Shown here: positions 1-9,677 of the stretch, in pieces
Position numbering within the stretch: the stretch's first letter is position 1
How the letters are laid out: every line of letters begins with the position of its first letter
NCBI GenBank assembly: GCA_041751015.1
Contig: JBGSYF010000024.1
Location: forward strand, 53,665-117,664
Direction of reading: 5' to 3'
DNA from: Chitinophagales bacterium
Lineage (GTDB): Bacteria; Bacteroidota; Bacteroidia; Chitinophagales; BACL12
DNA: 64,000 nucleotides
Made by a program: the position numbers and the translations under genes
The notes under the pieces: model-generated
What the model was told of the DNA's origin: nothing
Seen by the model: only the letters and a program-made list of their open reading frames with translations
The model's database searches: none

Positions 1-815
1 GTCTTGAAGGAGCGATCCCATTCATCGACCTTGCCCCGGGTGGAGACAATCAATTCGCCCTTGGGAATGAAGACATTGGACAGCTCTACTGCTTCGCGGA
101 GCAATCCGCCGGGATTTCCCCTCAAGTCGAGGATCACACCGCGGATTTCCGCCTTGCCCTTGAGTTCCCGCAGCGCCTGAGCCACATTCTTGCCCGCATC
201 TTCGGTAAACTGATTCAGTCGGATATAGGCCACATCATCCCGGATCAAACCGGAATAGGGTACATTGTCGATGTTGATTTCCTGGCGGATCAGGGTCAGT
301 TGCTGGACTCCTCCCTCGTCAAAAGGACGCTCTAACTCCACGATCACCTCCGTCCCTGGTGAGCCCCTCAGCACATTGGAGATCGCATCGGTGTCCTTTC
401 CCTCTGTGCTGCGGCCGTCTATGCTCAGGATTTTATCCCCGGCGCGCAATCCGGCGATCTGGGCCGGAAAGCCCTCATAGGGCTCGATGACCGTGACCAC
501 GCCGTCAACCTTGCGGATCACTGCGCCAATTCCCCCGTAACGACCGGTCATCTGAAAGCGGTGACCCTCCATCTCGGCCTCTGAGATGAAATTGGTATAG
601 GGATCCAGACTCTCGAGCATGGCGTCTATACCCTCTCGCATGAGCTTGTTAGGATCAACCTCGTCAACATAATACGTATTCAACTCCCGATAAATCGAAG
701 TGTAGATATCGATGTTCTTGGTTACCTCGAACAGATTGGGGGGAGTAAGGGCTGCGGCCAGTGTAAGGAACGCTGCTGCGCCAAGCAAGGGTAATCCGGT
801 CTTCTTAAAGGTCAT
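1..815 (-). CDS. S41 family C-terminal processing (tail-specific) peptidase, 5' part only; gene continues beyond the window start
   Basis: Open minus-strand frame reaching the window edge, with ATG at 815-813. My translation starts MTFKKTGLPLLGAAAFLTLAAA (signal peptide). A PDZ-like segment (GDKILSIDGRSTEGK) follows, then GVILDLRGNPGG, the S41 signature. It is not in the ORF track because there is no stop inside the window. Confidence 0.8.
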   Translation of the reverse strand, partial: MTFKKTGLPLLGAAAFLTLAAALTPPNLFEVTKNIDIYTSIYRELNTYYVDEVDPNKLMREGIDAMLESLDPYTNFISEAEMEGHRFQMTGRYGGIGAVIRKVDGVVTVIEPYEGFPAQIAGLRAGDKILSIDGRSTEGKDTDAISNVLRGSPGTEVIVELERPFDEGGVQQLTLIRQEINIDNVPYSGLIRDDVAYIRLNQFTEDAGKNVAQALRELKGKAEIRGVILDLRGNPGGLLREAVELSNVFIPKGELIVSTRGKVDEWDRSFK

Positions 816-908
816 GCCTGAGCCTGTTTTTGTTAAAATATAACGCAATCCGAAGCAAAACGGTGCCCCAAAGGCGATTTGATAACAAACATTAAGAATT
901 TGCCGCAC

Positions 909-1160
909 TCAGGGAAGCGGATCGTAGCCCGATCCACCCCAGGGATGGCAACGGCCTATGCGCCGCAGAGCCAGCCAGCCCCCTTTCCAGGGTCCGTATT
1001 TGATCAAGGCCTGAACGGCATAGGCCGAACAAGTTGGGGAATATCGGCAGGAATTGGGCAAAAAAGGACTGATGGCGCCCTGATAAAACTTAACCAATCC
1101 GATCATAAGGGTTGCCAGAGCCCGGTTCAGCCAACGGATCGGAGTATGGAGGAAGCTCAT
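909..1160 (-). CDS. yidD: Membrane protein insertion efficiency factor YidD
   Basis: 83-aa ORF with [35 protein letters not shown], the conserved YidD core. It sits in the classical rpmH-rnpA-yidD arrangement. Confidence 0.9.
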   Translation of the reverse strand: MSFLHTPIRWLNRALATLMIGLVKFYQGAISPFLPNSCRYSPTCSAYAVQALIKYGPWKGGWLALRRIGRCHPWGGSGYDPLP

Positions 1161-1470
1161 GCTGCAATTTGACCAATACCAGGCTCAGGGCGCGCTGCAA
1201 AGTACCGAAGTCGGGCATTTCCCGCCCGGTGTAGATCAAACCGACACCCAGGCCCATCTTGCGCCGGACCAATTCCCTGTAAAGATCATTTTTTTGCAGC
1301 CTCCACAGCTCCCGGATCTGCCGGCGTATGCGATTGCGGTCAACAGCCCGCCGAAAGCGGGAGCGGGGAACGCCAATGAGCACCTGCAGAGCATGGGCAG
1401 CGGGCTCCGCAACAGGGATCCAGAGCAGGCGCAGTGGATAGACCTGGAGTGCGCGCCCCTCAGAAAACAA
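1090..1470 (-). CDS. rnpA: Ribonuclease P protein component
   Basis: [24 protein letters not shown] matches the RnpA RNR motif region. The gene lies directly downstream of rpmH. The track start at 1470 is a TTG. The conserved KSERL N-terminus lies upstream of it, so the true start is probably near 1521 (see findings). Confidence 0.8.
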   Translation of the reverse strand: MFSEGRALQVYPLRLLWIPVAEPAAHALQVLIGVPRSRFRRAVDRNRIRRQIRELWRLQKNDLYRELVRRKMGLGVGLIYTGREMPDFGTLQRALSLVLVKLQHELPPYSDPLAEPGSGNPYDRIG

Positions 1471-1549
1471 ACGACCGATCAGCGCCTGGCTGCTCAGTCG
1501 TTCGGATTTGGAAAGGCGCAGAGAGCGCCGGGGCCTTTGGCCTTCCGGA

Positions 1550-1705
1550 TTACTTGAGGCGGAACTCGTCAGAGACCGACAGTTTATGGCGCCCCTTGGC
1601 CCGCCGGCGATTGATCACCGCGCGACCGGTCTTGGTCGCCATGCGGGAGCGGAAACCGTGCTTGTTGACGCGCTTGCGGCGGGAGGGCTGATAGGTACGC
1701 TTCAT
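1550..1705 (-). CDS. rpmH: 50S ribosomal protein L34
   Basis: My translation of minus strand 1705-1550 is [51 protein letters not shown]. At 51 aa it is below the ORF-track size cutoff. It is a canonical L34 sequence upstream of rnpA. Confidence 0.92.
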   Translation of the reverse strand: MKRTYQPSRRKRVNKHGFRSRMATKTGRAVINRRRAKGRHKLSVSDEFRLK

Positions 1706-1865
1706 CGGATCGTTGCGGTAATCGGATCATGCCGTTTGTGAAGCCCGATAAGGGTCTTCCTGGCATTCCGGGTCAAAAGGAAGGCAAAGTTAACAAAATG
1801 TGGAGAATTCGCGTGCCCGGAAAAGCTTTTTTCCGACTGGCAGGACGGAAAAATGCGGCTCCGGA

Positions 1866-3881
1866 TCAGGAATTCATGCTGACCAGAAACTCGTCGTTGG
1901 TCTTGGTTCCCCGCATCTGGCTGAGCAGGAAGTTCATCGCCTCTTCGGTGTTCATGTCGGCGAGGTGATTGCGCATGATCCACATGCGCTGCAGGGTTTC
2001 GCGGTCGTGCAACTTGTCGTCGCGGCGGGTAGAGGATGCTGTGAGGTCAATAGCCGGATAGATGCGCTTATTGGCCAGGCGGCGATCCAGGGCCAGTTCC
2101 ATGTTGCCCGTTCCCTTGAATTCCTCAAAGATCACCTCGTCCATCTTGGAACCGGTATCAATCAAAGCGGTGGCCAGAATGGTCAGCGAACCCCCGTTTT
2201 CCACCTTTCGGGCCGCTCCGAAGAACTGTTTGGGCTTCTGCAGGGCATTGGCTTCAACACCACCGGAAAGAATCTTGCCGCTGGCGGGCTGAACCGTATT
2301 GTACGCGCGGGCCAGTCGGGTGATGGAGTCGAGCAGAATCACCACATCGTGGCCGCATTCCACCATGCGCTTGGCTTTCTGAAGCACCATGGAGGCCACC
2401 TTGACGTGGCGGTCAGCGGGCGCGTCAAAGGTGGAAGAAACCACTTCGGCCTTCACGCTGCGCTCCATATCCGTCACCTCTTCCGGGCGTTCGTCCACCA
2501 ACAGAATGATGAGATAGACCTCGGGGTGATTGGTGGCAATGGCATTGGCAACCGCCTTGAGCAAGAGGGTCTTACCCACCTTGGGTTGGGCCACGATCAT
2601 ACCGCGCTGGCCTTTTCCAATGGGTGTGAAAAGATCCATGATGCGGGTGGAGTACTCATTCGGCTCGGTAAACAGATTGAGTTTCTCTTCGGGAAACAGC
2701 GGGGTCAGGTACTCAAAAGGCACCCGGTCACGGATCTGCTCGCTGAAGCGGCCGTTGATGGTGTTGGCTTTCAACAGGGCGAAATACTTTTCGCCTTCCT
2801 TAGGAGGGCGGACCGTGCCCACCACGGTATCGCCCGCTTTGAGCGCAAAACTCTTGACCTGAGCCGCGCTGACGTAAACATCATCGGGCGAACTGAGGTA
2901 GTTGTAGTCGGAACTGCGAAGGAAACCATAGCCATCGGGCATCATCTCCAGAACCCCTTCGCTCAGGATAAGACCTTCAATCTCCGGGTTGAACAGCGAT
3001 TCGCGGCGGCGATTTCTCAGGTCCCGCTGCTCTCTTTGATCGCGCTGATCGCGGTTTCTGTCTTCGCGCGGAGCCCTGTCCTCTCGCAGGGGGCGTTCTT
3101 CGCGGGCGGCTCTCTCCTCGCGTGCGTCGCGTGGCCGCTCATCAGGGCGGTTGCGCTCGTCTCTGGGGCGCTCTTCCCGCGGCGGACGCTCATCAGGCAG
3201 GCGGCGATCATCCCTCGGCCTGTCTTCGCGCTGGCGGTTTTGATGCGATTTGTTATCCCTCGCAGCCCCCTCCCTGGACTCTTGTGCCTCCCGCGGACCA
3301 TCGTGGCGTTCCCGTCTGTTTTCGGAACGGTTGAATACCGGAGGAGTGGGCTTGTTGCCCATCACCAGATTAGGTGTCTTGGCCGGGTCAGCTTCCGGGT
3401 CATTGTGGGGCTTGTCCTTGCTGAGCATGGGATCTGAATAATTCAGGGTGCGGGTCGCCTGAATCGGAGATCCTGGGTTCATCATGGCGCGTGCACCCAT
3501 GTTTTCAGCCCGAACTTCTTCTGAAACACTCGGACCATCCTGCTCTGAAGATCCTTCTTCTGCAGAAGCTTCCGTCTTGCTCTCTATCTTCTTGCGCGCC
3601 CGCTTCTTTGGAGCAGCGGGCGTCTCCGCAGTCATGTCGGCTTCATCCACACCTGCTGCATCCAGCGCATCCTCTTCTGTCTTGCTGCTTTTGCGGGTCT
3701 TGCGCACCTTGGCAGGTTTTTCTTCGACCTGCACGGCAACGGAGCTGAGCGCCTGGCGATCCAGGATCTTGTAGATCAGCTCTTGTTTGTTGAGGGAGGT
3801 GGGGGAATCTACCTTCAGCGTTTCCGCAATCTGGCGGAGTTCGGGAACGGGCATGTCATTCAATTGCAGAATGTCATACAT
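1866..3881 (-). CDS. rho: Transcription termination factor Rho with long N-terminal insertion domain
   Basis: 671 aa. Rho_N helix ([22 protein letters not shown]), CSD-like RNA-binding domain ([14 protein letters not shown]), Walker A ([15 protein letters not shown]) and C-terminal RecA-type ATPase ending ...[10 protein letters not shown]. About 250 aa of low-complexity insertion lies between Rho_N and the CSD. Confidence 0.96.
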   Translation of the reverse strand: MYDILQLNDMPVPELRQIAETLKVDSPTSLNKQELIYKILDRQALSSVAVQVEEKPAKVRKTRKSSKTEEDALDAAGVDEADMTAETPAAPKKRARKKIESKTEASAEEGSSEQDGPSVSEEVRAENMGARAMMNPGSPIQATRTLNYSDPMLSKDKPHNDPEADPAKTPNLVMGNKPTPPVFNRSENRRERHDGPREAQESREGAARDNKSHQNRQREDRPRDDRRLPDERPPREERPRDERNRPDERPRDAREERAAREERPLREDRAPREDRNRDQRDQREQRDLRNRRRESLFNPEIEGLILSEGVLEMMPDGYGFLRSSDYNYLSSPDDVYVSAAQVKSFALKAGDTVVGTVRPPKEGEKYFALLKANTINGRFSEQIRDRVPFEYLTPLFPEEKLNLFTEPNEYSTRIMDLFTPIGKGQRGMIVAQPKVGKTLLLKAVANAIATNHPEVYLIILLVDERPEEVTDMERSVKAEVVSSTFDAPADRHVKVASMVLQKAKRMVECGHDVVILLDSITRLARAYNTVQPASGKILSGGVEANALQKPKQFFGAARKVENGGSLTILATALIDTGSKMDEVIFEEFKGTGNMELALDRRLANKRIYPAIDLTASSTRRDDKLHDRETLQRMWIMRNHLADMNTEEAMNFLLSQMRGTKTNDEFLVSMNS

Positions 3882-4218
3882 AGGCTAAATACTTTGAGTA
3901 AATGGGAGAAAAACGCCTGTGGGCGTTCCCTGAATTCGGCGCACATGTTGGCCGGAAAAGGGGGGAAGAAGGGGGGAAATGCCGAAAGTCGAAAGGGGAT
4001 CGGAAGGAAAAGTAGAGCTGCCTCAGTGCCGAAATGACCGGGCGCAATCCGATTGTTCAGAGCAAATGTAACTCAAATGATTTAAAAGCGCCACTCATTT
4101 TGCCCGAAAATACCAGATTTGAACCGAGCCGCCTTTCCAAAAGGATCCATGTGCAACAGCGGGAATACTACCTTTGCTCCCCGCCGGACTGCAGACAATC
4201 AGTTTGGCCAGAAGCACC

Positions 4219-5505
4219 ATGCTGCACCTCGCCGACATTCGCCAGGATCCCGAGAGGGCCAAAGAACGCCTCAAACACCGCAATTTTCCGCGGCCCGAAG
4301 CCATAGACGAGCTCATTGCCCTGGACGATGAGCGCAAACAGCTTCAGTTTGAGCACGATTCCGTGCTGGCCGAAGCCAATGCCATGGCCAAACAGATTGG
4401 TCAACTCCTGGCCCAAGCCAAAAAAGACGAGTCTAAGAAGCTCGAAGCCGAACAGGCCAAAGCCAAAACCGCCGAGCTCAAGGAGCGCTCCAAAGACCTT
4501 TCGACCCGTCAGGAAAAGGTTGGCGAGCAGTTGCAGGCCTTGTTGTACACCCTGCCCAACCTGCCCCACAGCAGCGTTCCCGCCGGCAAAAGCCCGGAGG
4601 ACAACGAAGTGCTCAGACAGGGGGGGAACATGCCCGAACTTCTGCCAGAGGCCCAGCCGCATTGGGATCTGGCCAGCCGCTTTGATCTGATTGATTTTGA
4701 ATTGGGCGTCAAGCTGGCCGGCAGCGGTTTTCCGGTGTATAAGGGAAAGGGCGCACGGCTGCAGCGCGCGCTGATCGCGTTTTTTCTGGATCGGGCAACC
4801 GAAGCGGGCTATACCGAATACCTTCCCAGCGTTCTGATCAACGAGGCCAGCGGCTATGGAACCGGTCAATTGCCCGACAAGGAAGGGCAGATGTACCACG
4901 TGGGCCTGGACAATCTCTATTTAGCCCCGACGGCAGAGGTGCCACTGACCAATATCTACCGCGACCTGATTCTGGACGAAAAGGATCTTCCCCAGCAACT
5001 CACCGCCTATACCTCTTGCTTTCGGCGGGAAGCGGGCTCCTATGGCAAGGATGTGCGGGGACTGAACCGCCTGCACCAGTTTGAAAAGGTCGAAATTGTG
5101 CGGATTGAGCACCCAGAGCGATCCTATGCGGCCCTCGAAGAGATGGTGGCCCATGTGGAATCGCTGGTCAAGGCGCTTGAACTTCCCTACAGAATCCTGC
5201 GGCTCTGCGGGGGAGACATGGGCTTTACCTCTGCGCTCACCTATGATTTTGAGGTTTGGTCCGGGGCCCAGAAGCGCTGGCTGGAAGTCAGTTCGGTGTC
5301 CAATTTCGAGACTTTTCAGGCCAACCGCCTGCGCTTGCGGATTCAGGACGCCGATCGCCGCAAACAACTGGCTCATACCCTGAACGGCTCTGCGCTGGCC
5401 CTTCCCCGCATTGTTGCGGCCCTTTTAGAAAACAATCAGGACGCCGAGGGCATCGACATTCCGGAGGTTTTGCGGCCCTATACCGGTTTTGCGCGCATCT
5501 CCTGA
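4219..5505 (+). CDS. serS: Serine--tRNA ligase
   Basis: MLHLADIRQDPERAKERLKHRNF is followed by a coiled-coil arm and class II aaRS motifs (FRREAGSYGKDVRGLNRLHQFEKVE, NGSALALPR). The start is taken at the internal ATG 4219 rather than the track start 4174. Confidence 0.95.
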   Translation: MLHLADIRQDPERAKERLKHRNFPRPEAIDELIALDDERKQLQFEHDSVLAEANAMAKQIGQLLAQAKKDESKKLEAEQAKAKTAELKERSKDLSTRQEKVGEQLQALLYTLPNLPHSSVPAGKSPEDNEVLRQGGNMPELLPEAQPHWDLASRFDLIDFELGVKLAGSGFPVYKGKGARLQRALIAFFLDRATEAGYTEYLPSVLINEASGYGTGQLPDKEGQMYHVGLDNLYLAPTAEVPLTNIYRDLILDEKDLPQQLTAYTSCFRREAGSYGKDVRGLNRLHQFEKVEIVRIEHPERSYAALEEMVAHVESLVKALELPYRILRLCGGDMGFTSALTYDFEVWSGAQKRWLEVSSVSNFETFQANRLRLRIQDADRRKQLAHTLNGSALALPRIVAALLENNQDAEGIDIPEVLRPYTGFARIS

Positions 5506-5539
5506 GCGGGGGAATCTGGCTGGGCCTGGTCGGGAGGCC

Positions 5540-6523
5540 TCAGGCCTGCTCCAGGTACAACTCAGCGATCTGCACGGCATTGGTCGCTGCGCCTTTACGC
5601 AAGTTGTCGGCCACGATCCAGCAATTCAGGCTGTTGGCCTGAGAGAAATCGCGGCGCAGACGCCCTATGAACACTTCGTTGCGGTTGTGCGCGGTTCGGG
5701 GCATGGGGTATAGATTGTTCTCCGGGTCGTCCTGCAGCACCAGCCCCGGGCTTTGACCGAGCAATTCCCGGACTTCGCCAAGGTCAAAATCACGGCTCAG
5801 GGTAATGTTGACACTCTCTGAATGACCGCCCTGCACGGGTATGCGCACGGCTGTGGCGGTGATGGCCAGGTCCGGTAGACCCATGATCTTGCGCGTTTCG
5901 CGGATCAGTTTCCACTCCTCGCGGGTATAGCCCTCTTCCTCAAAGACATCGCACTGGGGAATGGCGTTCAGGTCTATAGGATGGGGATAGACCGCCTTGG
6001 CCGGCTGTCCAGCCCGCTCGGCCATCAGTTGGCCCAGAGCGCGGTAGCCGGTTCCCGTGACGCTTTGGTAGGTGCTGACCACAACCCTTTCCAGCCCGTA
6101 ATGATCCTGTAAAGGCTTGAGGGCCACCACCAACTGAATGGTGGAGCAATTGGGATTGGCGATCAGGAGCTTGCCGGCAGCACAGGCGTTCGGGTTGACT
6201 TCCGGGACCACGAGAGGGATATCTGCACCCATTCGCCATGCCGAAGAATTGTCGATAACGCGGGTTCCGGATTCGACAAAACGAGGCGCCCAATCCCGGC
6301 TCACCCCAGCACCTGCCGAAAACAAGGCCAGATCCGGGCGCTGTCCGAGAGCATCCTCTATGCTCATGACCGGATAGGTATTTCCCCGGAAACTCAATTG
6401 CCGGCCCGCTGAAGCGGCGCTGGCAACGGGATAAAATTCGCTGAGCGGGAAATTTCGCTCTTCCAGAACCCGGCACATGACCTGACCTACGAGGCCCGTG
6501 GCGCCGACAAGGGCTATGCGCAT
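5540..6523 (-). CDS. asd: Aspartate-semialdehyde dehydrogenase
   Basis: 327 aa. MRIALVGATGLVG Rossmann N-terminus, active-site ANPNCSTIQ, GGHSESV motif. Confidence 0.95.
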   Translation of the reverse strand: MRIALVGATGLVGQVMCRVLEERNFPLSEFYPVASAASAGRQLSFRGNTYPVMSIEDALGQRPDLALFSAGAGVSRDWAPRFVESGTRVIDNSSAWRMGADIPLVVPEVNPNACAAGKLLIANPNCSTIQLVVALKPLQDHYGLERVVVSTYQSVTGTGYRALGQLMAERAGQPAKAVYPHPIDLNAIPQCDVFEEEGYTREEWKLIRETRKIMGLPDLAITATAVRIPVQGGHSESVNITLSRDFDLGEVRELLGQSPGLVLQDDPENNLYPMPRTAHNRNEVFIGRLRRDFSQANSLNCWIVADNLRKGAATNAVQIAELYLEQA

Positions 6524-6798
6524 ATGTTTACGGTGCTTTCTTAAAGCTCAGGGCCGGCACCTCTGCGCCAAAGTTACAGCGGAGAACATGGCTCATTCTG
6601 AGGCAGACGCTTTAGCCGTTTTTGAGAGCTCCGGGCATTAGACGCCGGCTGATGCGGAGATGTTGTAGTGCCGGAACCGGCAATTAGCGTCAAAAGGACA
6701 ATTAGTCGGGGCTGATGTAGTGTTGATGTAGTCAAAAATGCAGGGATTCCTGAGCTTCTAAAGACATTGTGAGCATTGAATTACAAACCTTTTACACC

Positions 6799-9477
6799 AT
6801 GAAAAAAATCTGTTATATTCTCTTGATGGGGCTTTTGCCTTTCATCAGCCAGGGACAAACGGTCATTCTTGACCACGAGAGCCCCGGTACCACCAACCCT
6901 TTTACCTACTTTGGCAACTGCACTCTGGATGCGACCAACACAGGCATTCTGGCTAATCCTGATGCCTCGGGCATCAATACAAGCGCTACGGTAGGATCAT
7001 TCACCAAAACTGGCTGTGCGCTGACTTTTGCAGGTTGTTTCGGTAACCCGGCGCCAGCAACACCCGTCGATCTTACAACAGACAACCGCGTTCGTCTCAA
7101 AGTCTGGATGGATCACGTGGGCTCTGTATCGCTCAAGCTGGAAAACTCCAGCAATGGCGGAGCAAACTGGATTGGCACGCAGGCCGTTAACGACATCAAC
7201 CAGTGGGTTGAAGTGGAATTCAACATGACACTGCCCTCCTTGGAAGCTCCTTTTACTGCGGCTGCGCCATTTACCTACAATCAGGTGGTGCTGTTCTTTG
7301 ACTTTGGCGCACCCGGCACAGGGGTGGACGTGACTTCCTATTTTGACGATCTGGTGACGGATTTCGAATTCAGCCTGGCTCAGATCAATCTGCCCATCAC
7401 CTGGGATGATCCTGCCGTGGACTACACCACCACCGATTTTGGAGGAAATGTATCTTCTATTGACGTGGATCCATTCGATGCCGGCAACGCCATCCTGAGC
7501 GTGACCAAGACCGGCGGCGCGGAGTTGTGGGCCGGCACCACGCTTTCTACAACTGCTGGACTGGCCAGCCCCATTGCCATTGATGACGCCAATACCCGCA
7601 TGAGCGCCCGAGTGCTTTCACCCGATGCCGGAATTCCTGTTCGTTTGAAGATTGAAGACAAAAGCGACCCGACCAGAAGTGTTGAAACCGAAGCCGTCAC
7701 CACGGTGGCCGGTGCATGGGAGGTCCTGATCTTCGACTTTGCCAACGAAGCGCCCGGAACAGCAGCATTGAATGTCAGCTATACCTTCAATATGGCGTCT
7801 ATGTTCTTCAATTTCGGCACCACGGGTGCTGTGGCTGGAGAGAAAACCTACCTACTGGATGATGTCGTCTTCATCGGAGGTGGTGGAACGGGGAGTGCCC
7901 TGATTGACTTACCGATCACCTGGGATGATCCCGCCGTGGACTACACGACCACAGATTTTGGCGGAAATGTGTCCTCTCTTGCCGCCGATCCTCTGGATGC
8001 CGGCAACACCATTTTGAGCGTGACCAAGACCGGCAGCGCGGAGCTGTGGGCAGGGACTACGCTTTCTACACCGGCAGGTCTGGCCAGCGCCATTGCGATC
8101 AATAACTCCAATACCCGCATAAGCGCCCGAGTGCTTTCACCCGATGCCGGAATTCCTGTTCGCATGAAGATTGAGGACAAGAACGACCCAACCAGGAGTG
8201 TTGAAACCGAAGCCGTCACCACGGTGGCCGGTGCATGGGAGGTCCTGATCTTCGACTTTGCCAACGAAGCACCCGGAACGGCTGCACTGAATATCAGCTA
8301 TACCTTCAATATGGCGTCTATCTTCTTCAACTTTGGCACCACGGGTGCTGTGGCCGGAGAAAAGACCTATCTGCTGGATGATGTGGTCTTCATAGGTGGT
8401 GGTGGAACAGGCATTGTCCTGATCGATCTGCCCATCACCTTTGACGAGCCAGGTGTGGACTATACCCTGACCGACTTCGAAGGCAATGCCACGGTACTGG
8501 TTGCTGATCCCGTCAATCCTTCCAATACGGTTGCCCGCTCAACCAAGGGCCCCGGCGCACAGTTCTTTGCCGGAACAACCATGTCAACTACTGCGGGTTT
8601 TGCCAATCCAATTCCGGTGACCTTTACCGAAAGTACCATGAGCATGAGGGTTTACTCCCCCGATGCCGGTATCGTGATTCGTCTGAAGATTGAGGATGCG
8701 ACGGATCCCACACGCAGCGTGGAGACCGATGTGATCAACACAGTGGCCAACGGCTGGGAGACCCTGGTCTTCGATTTCAACAACGAAGTACCCGGCACAG
8801 CGGTGCTCAACCCTTCGTACAGCTTTACCAAGGCTTCGGTGTTTTTCAACTTCGGGGTAACTGGAGATGATGCCGGAGAGAAGAGCTATTTCTGGGATGA
8901 TGTTTACTTCGGACTGCCCGATCCGGCCTGTTCCAACGCCGCTGCCCCAACGGGCCTGAGCGCGAATGTGAGCTCTGCCGGTGCAGCGCTGAGCTGGAAT
9001 CCTATTGCGGGATCCGTGGGCTGTGTGGTTGAAGGTGGAAAGGTGGGTTCTGTGCCTACACGCATCAAGCTCGCCGGGTCAGAACTCTCTTCTGCCAATA
9101 TTCCCGCAGCGCGTCTTGAGGCGGGCTCATCCTACAACTGGCGTGTTGCCTGTGGCTGTGATGCCAACCCCAGCTCGGTCACCCCCTGGTCTGCTGTTGA
9201 CGTGTTCAGTGTTCCCGCTTTGCGCGAGTCCAACATCAGCCTCACCAACCCGGCCTCTACAGTTCTGAACATGAACATGCTCAGCAGCGCGGATGCCGAA
9301 AGCGTGATTCGCATGGTTGATCTGAGTGGAAGAACTGCCGCAGAGTGGTTTGTCAACCTGAGCAAAGGCAATAACTCATTGTCTTTCGATATCAGTAAGA
9401 TTTCAAATGGTATGTATCTGCTGCACATCAGCGGCAGCGATACATCCGAGCCCCGCATGGTGTTGATTCAGCACTAA
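6799..9477 (+). CDS. Secreted multidomain T9SS cargo protein
   Basis: Signal peptide MKKICYILLMGLLPFISQGQ, with ATG 6799 inside the GTG-initiated track ORF. Domain order is a CBM-like N-terminal domain, three tandem ~173-aa repeat domains, an Fn3-like domain and a T9SS C-terminal sorting domain. The repeat domains begin LPITWDDPAVDYTTTDFGGN / LPITFDEPGVDYTLTDFEGN. The C-terminus ...NGMYLLHISGSDTSEPRMVLIQH is typical of type A T9SS sorting domains. Confidence 0.8.
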   Translation: MKKICYILLMGLLPFISQGQTVILDHESPGTTNPFTYFGNCTLDATNTGILANPDASGINTSATVGSFTKTGCALTFAGCFGNPAPATPVDLTTDNRVRLKVWMDHVGSVSLKLENSSNGGANWIGTQAVNDINQWVEVEFNMTLPSLEAPFTAAAPFTYNQVVLFFDFGAPGTGVDVTSYFDDLVTDFEFSLAQINLPITWDDPAVDYTTTDFGGNVSSIDVDPFDAGNAILSVTKTGGAELWAGTTLSTTAGLASPIAIDDANTRMSARVLSPDAGIPVRLKIEDKSDPTRSVETEAVTTVAGAWEVLIFDFANEAPGTAALNVSYTFNMASMFFNFGTTGAVAGEKTYLLDDVVFIGGGGTGSALIDLPITWDDPAVDYTTTDFGGNVSSLAADPLDAGNTILSVTKTGSAELWAGTTLSTPAGLASAIAINNSNTRISARVLSPDAGIPVRMKIEDKNDPTRSVETEAVTTVAGAWEVLIFDFANEAPGTAALNISYTFNMASIFFNFGTTGAVAGEKTYLLDDVVFIGGGGTGIVLIDLPITFDEPGVDYTLTDFEGNATVLVADPVNPSNTVARSTKGPGAQFFAGTTMSTTAGFANPIPVTFTESTMSMRVYSPDAGIVIRLKIEDATDPTRSVETDVINTVANGWETLVFDFNNEVPGTAVLNPSYSFTKASVFFNFGVTGDDAGEKSYFWDDVYFGLPDPACSNAAAPTGLSANVSSAGAALSWNPIAGSVGCVVEGGKVGSVPTRIKLAGSELSSANIPAARLEAGSSYNWRVACGCDANPSSVTPWSAVDVFSVPALRESNISLTNPASTVLNMNMLSSADAESVIRMVDLSGRTAAEWFVNLSKGNNSLSFDISKISNGMYLLHISGSDTSEPRMVLIQH
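7384..8940. repeat. Three in-frame tandem copies of a 519-bp (173-codon) unit inside the T9SS cargo gene
   Basis: Antisense shadow ORFs 7422-7745 and 7941-8264 are offset by exactly 519 bp. Copies 1 and 2 share long identical runs, for example agtgttgaaaccgaagccgtcaccacggtggccggtgcatgggaggtcctgatcttcgactttgccaacgaagc. Copy 3 is clearly more diverged. Confidence 0.85.
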
Positions 9478-9500
9478 GTGAAAGGTAGATGAATTGATAA

Positions 9501-9535
9501 GCCGGGTCCTGCGCGTGCGGGGCCCGGTTTTTTTT
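9501..9535 (+). terminator. Rho-independent terminator after the T9SS cargo gene
   Basis: GC-rich hairpin gccgggtcc...ggggcccgg (about 8-11 bp stem) immediately followed by T8, 24 nt after the stop codon. Confidence 0.7.
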
Positions 9536-9677
9536 GGGGGAATGGCAGAGCCAGCCTGTCCGGGCGCGGTTCCTCAGCGGCAGGGCGCAGGGATATTCGC
9601 TCCAAAAAAGGCAAGTGTGAAAAGGAATTGCCATTTTCGCAAAGCTGCTGCAGCCCAATACTTGAAACCTTTTCTTT

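Noticed and set aside
1800-3437. 545-aa plus-strand ORF, the second-longest frame in the first 5 kb
   Set aside because: It is entirely antisense to rho, whose product has unmistakable conserved motifs. Its translation is low-complexity (G/A/R/V-rich) with no motifs. It is a typical shadow ORF of GC-rich DNA.
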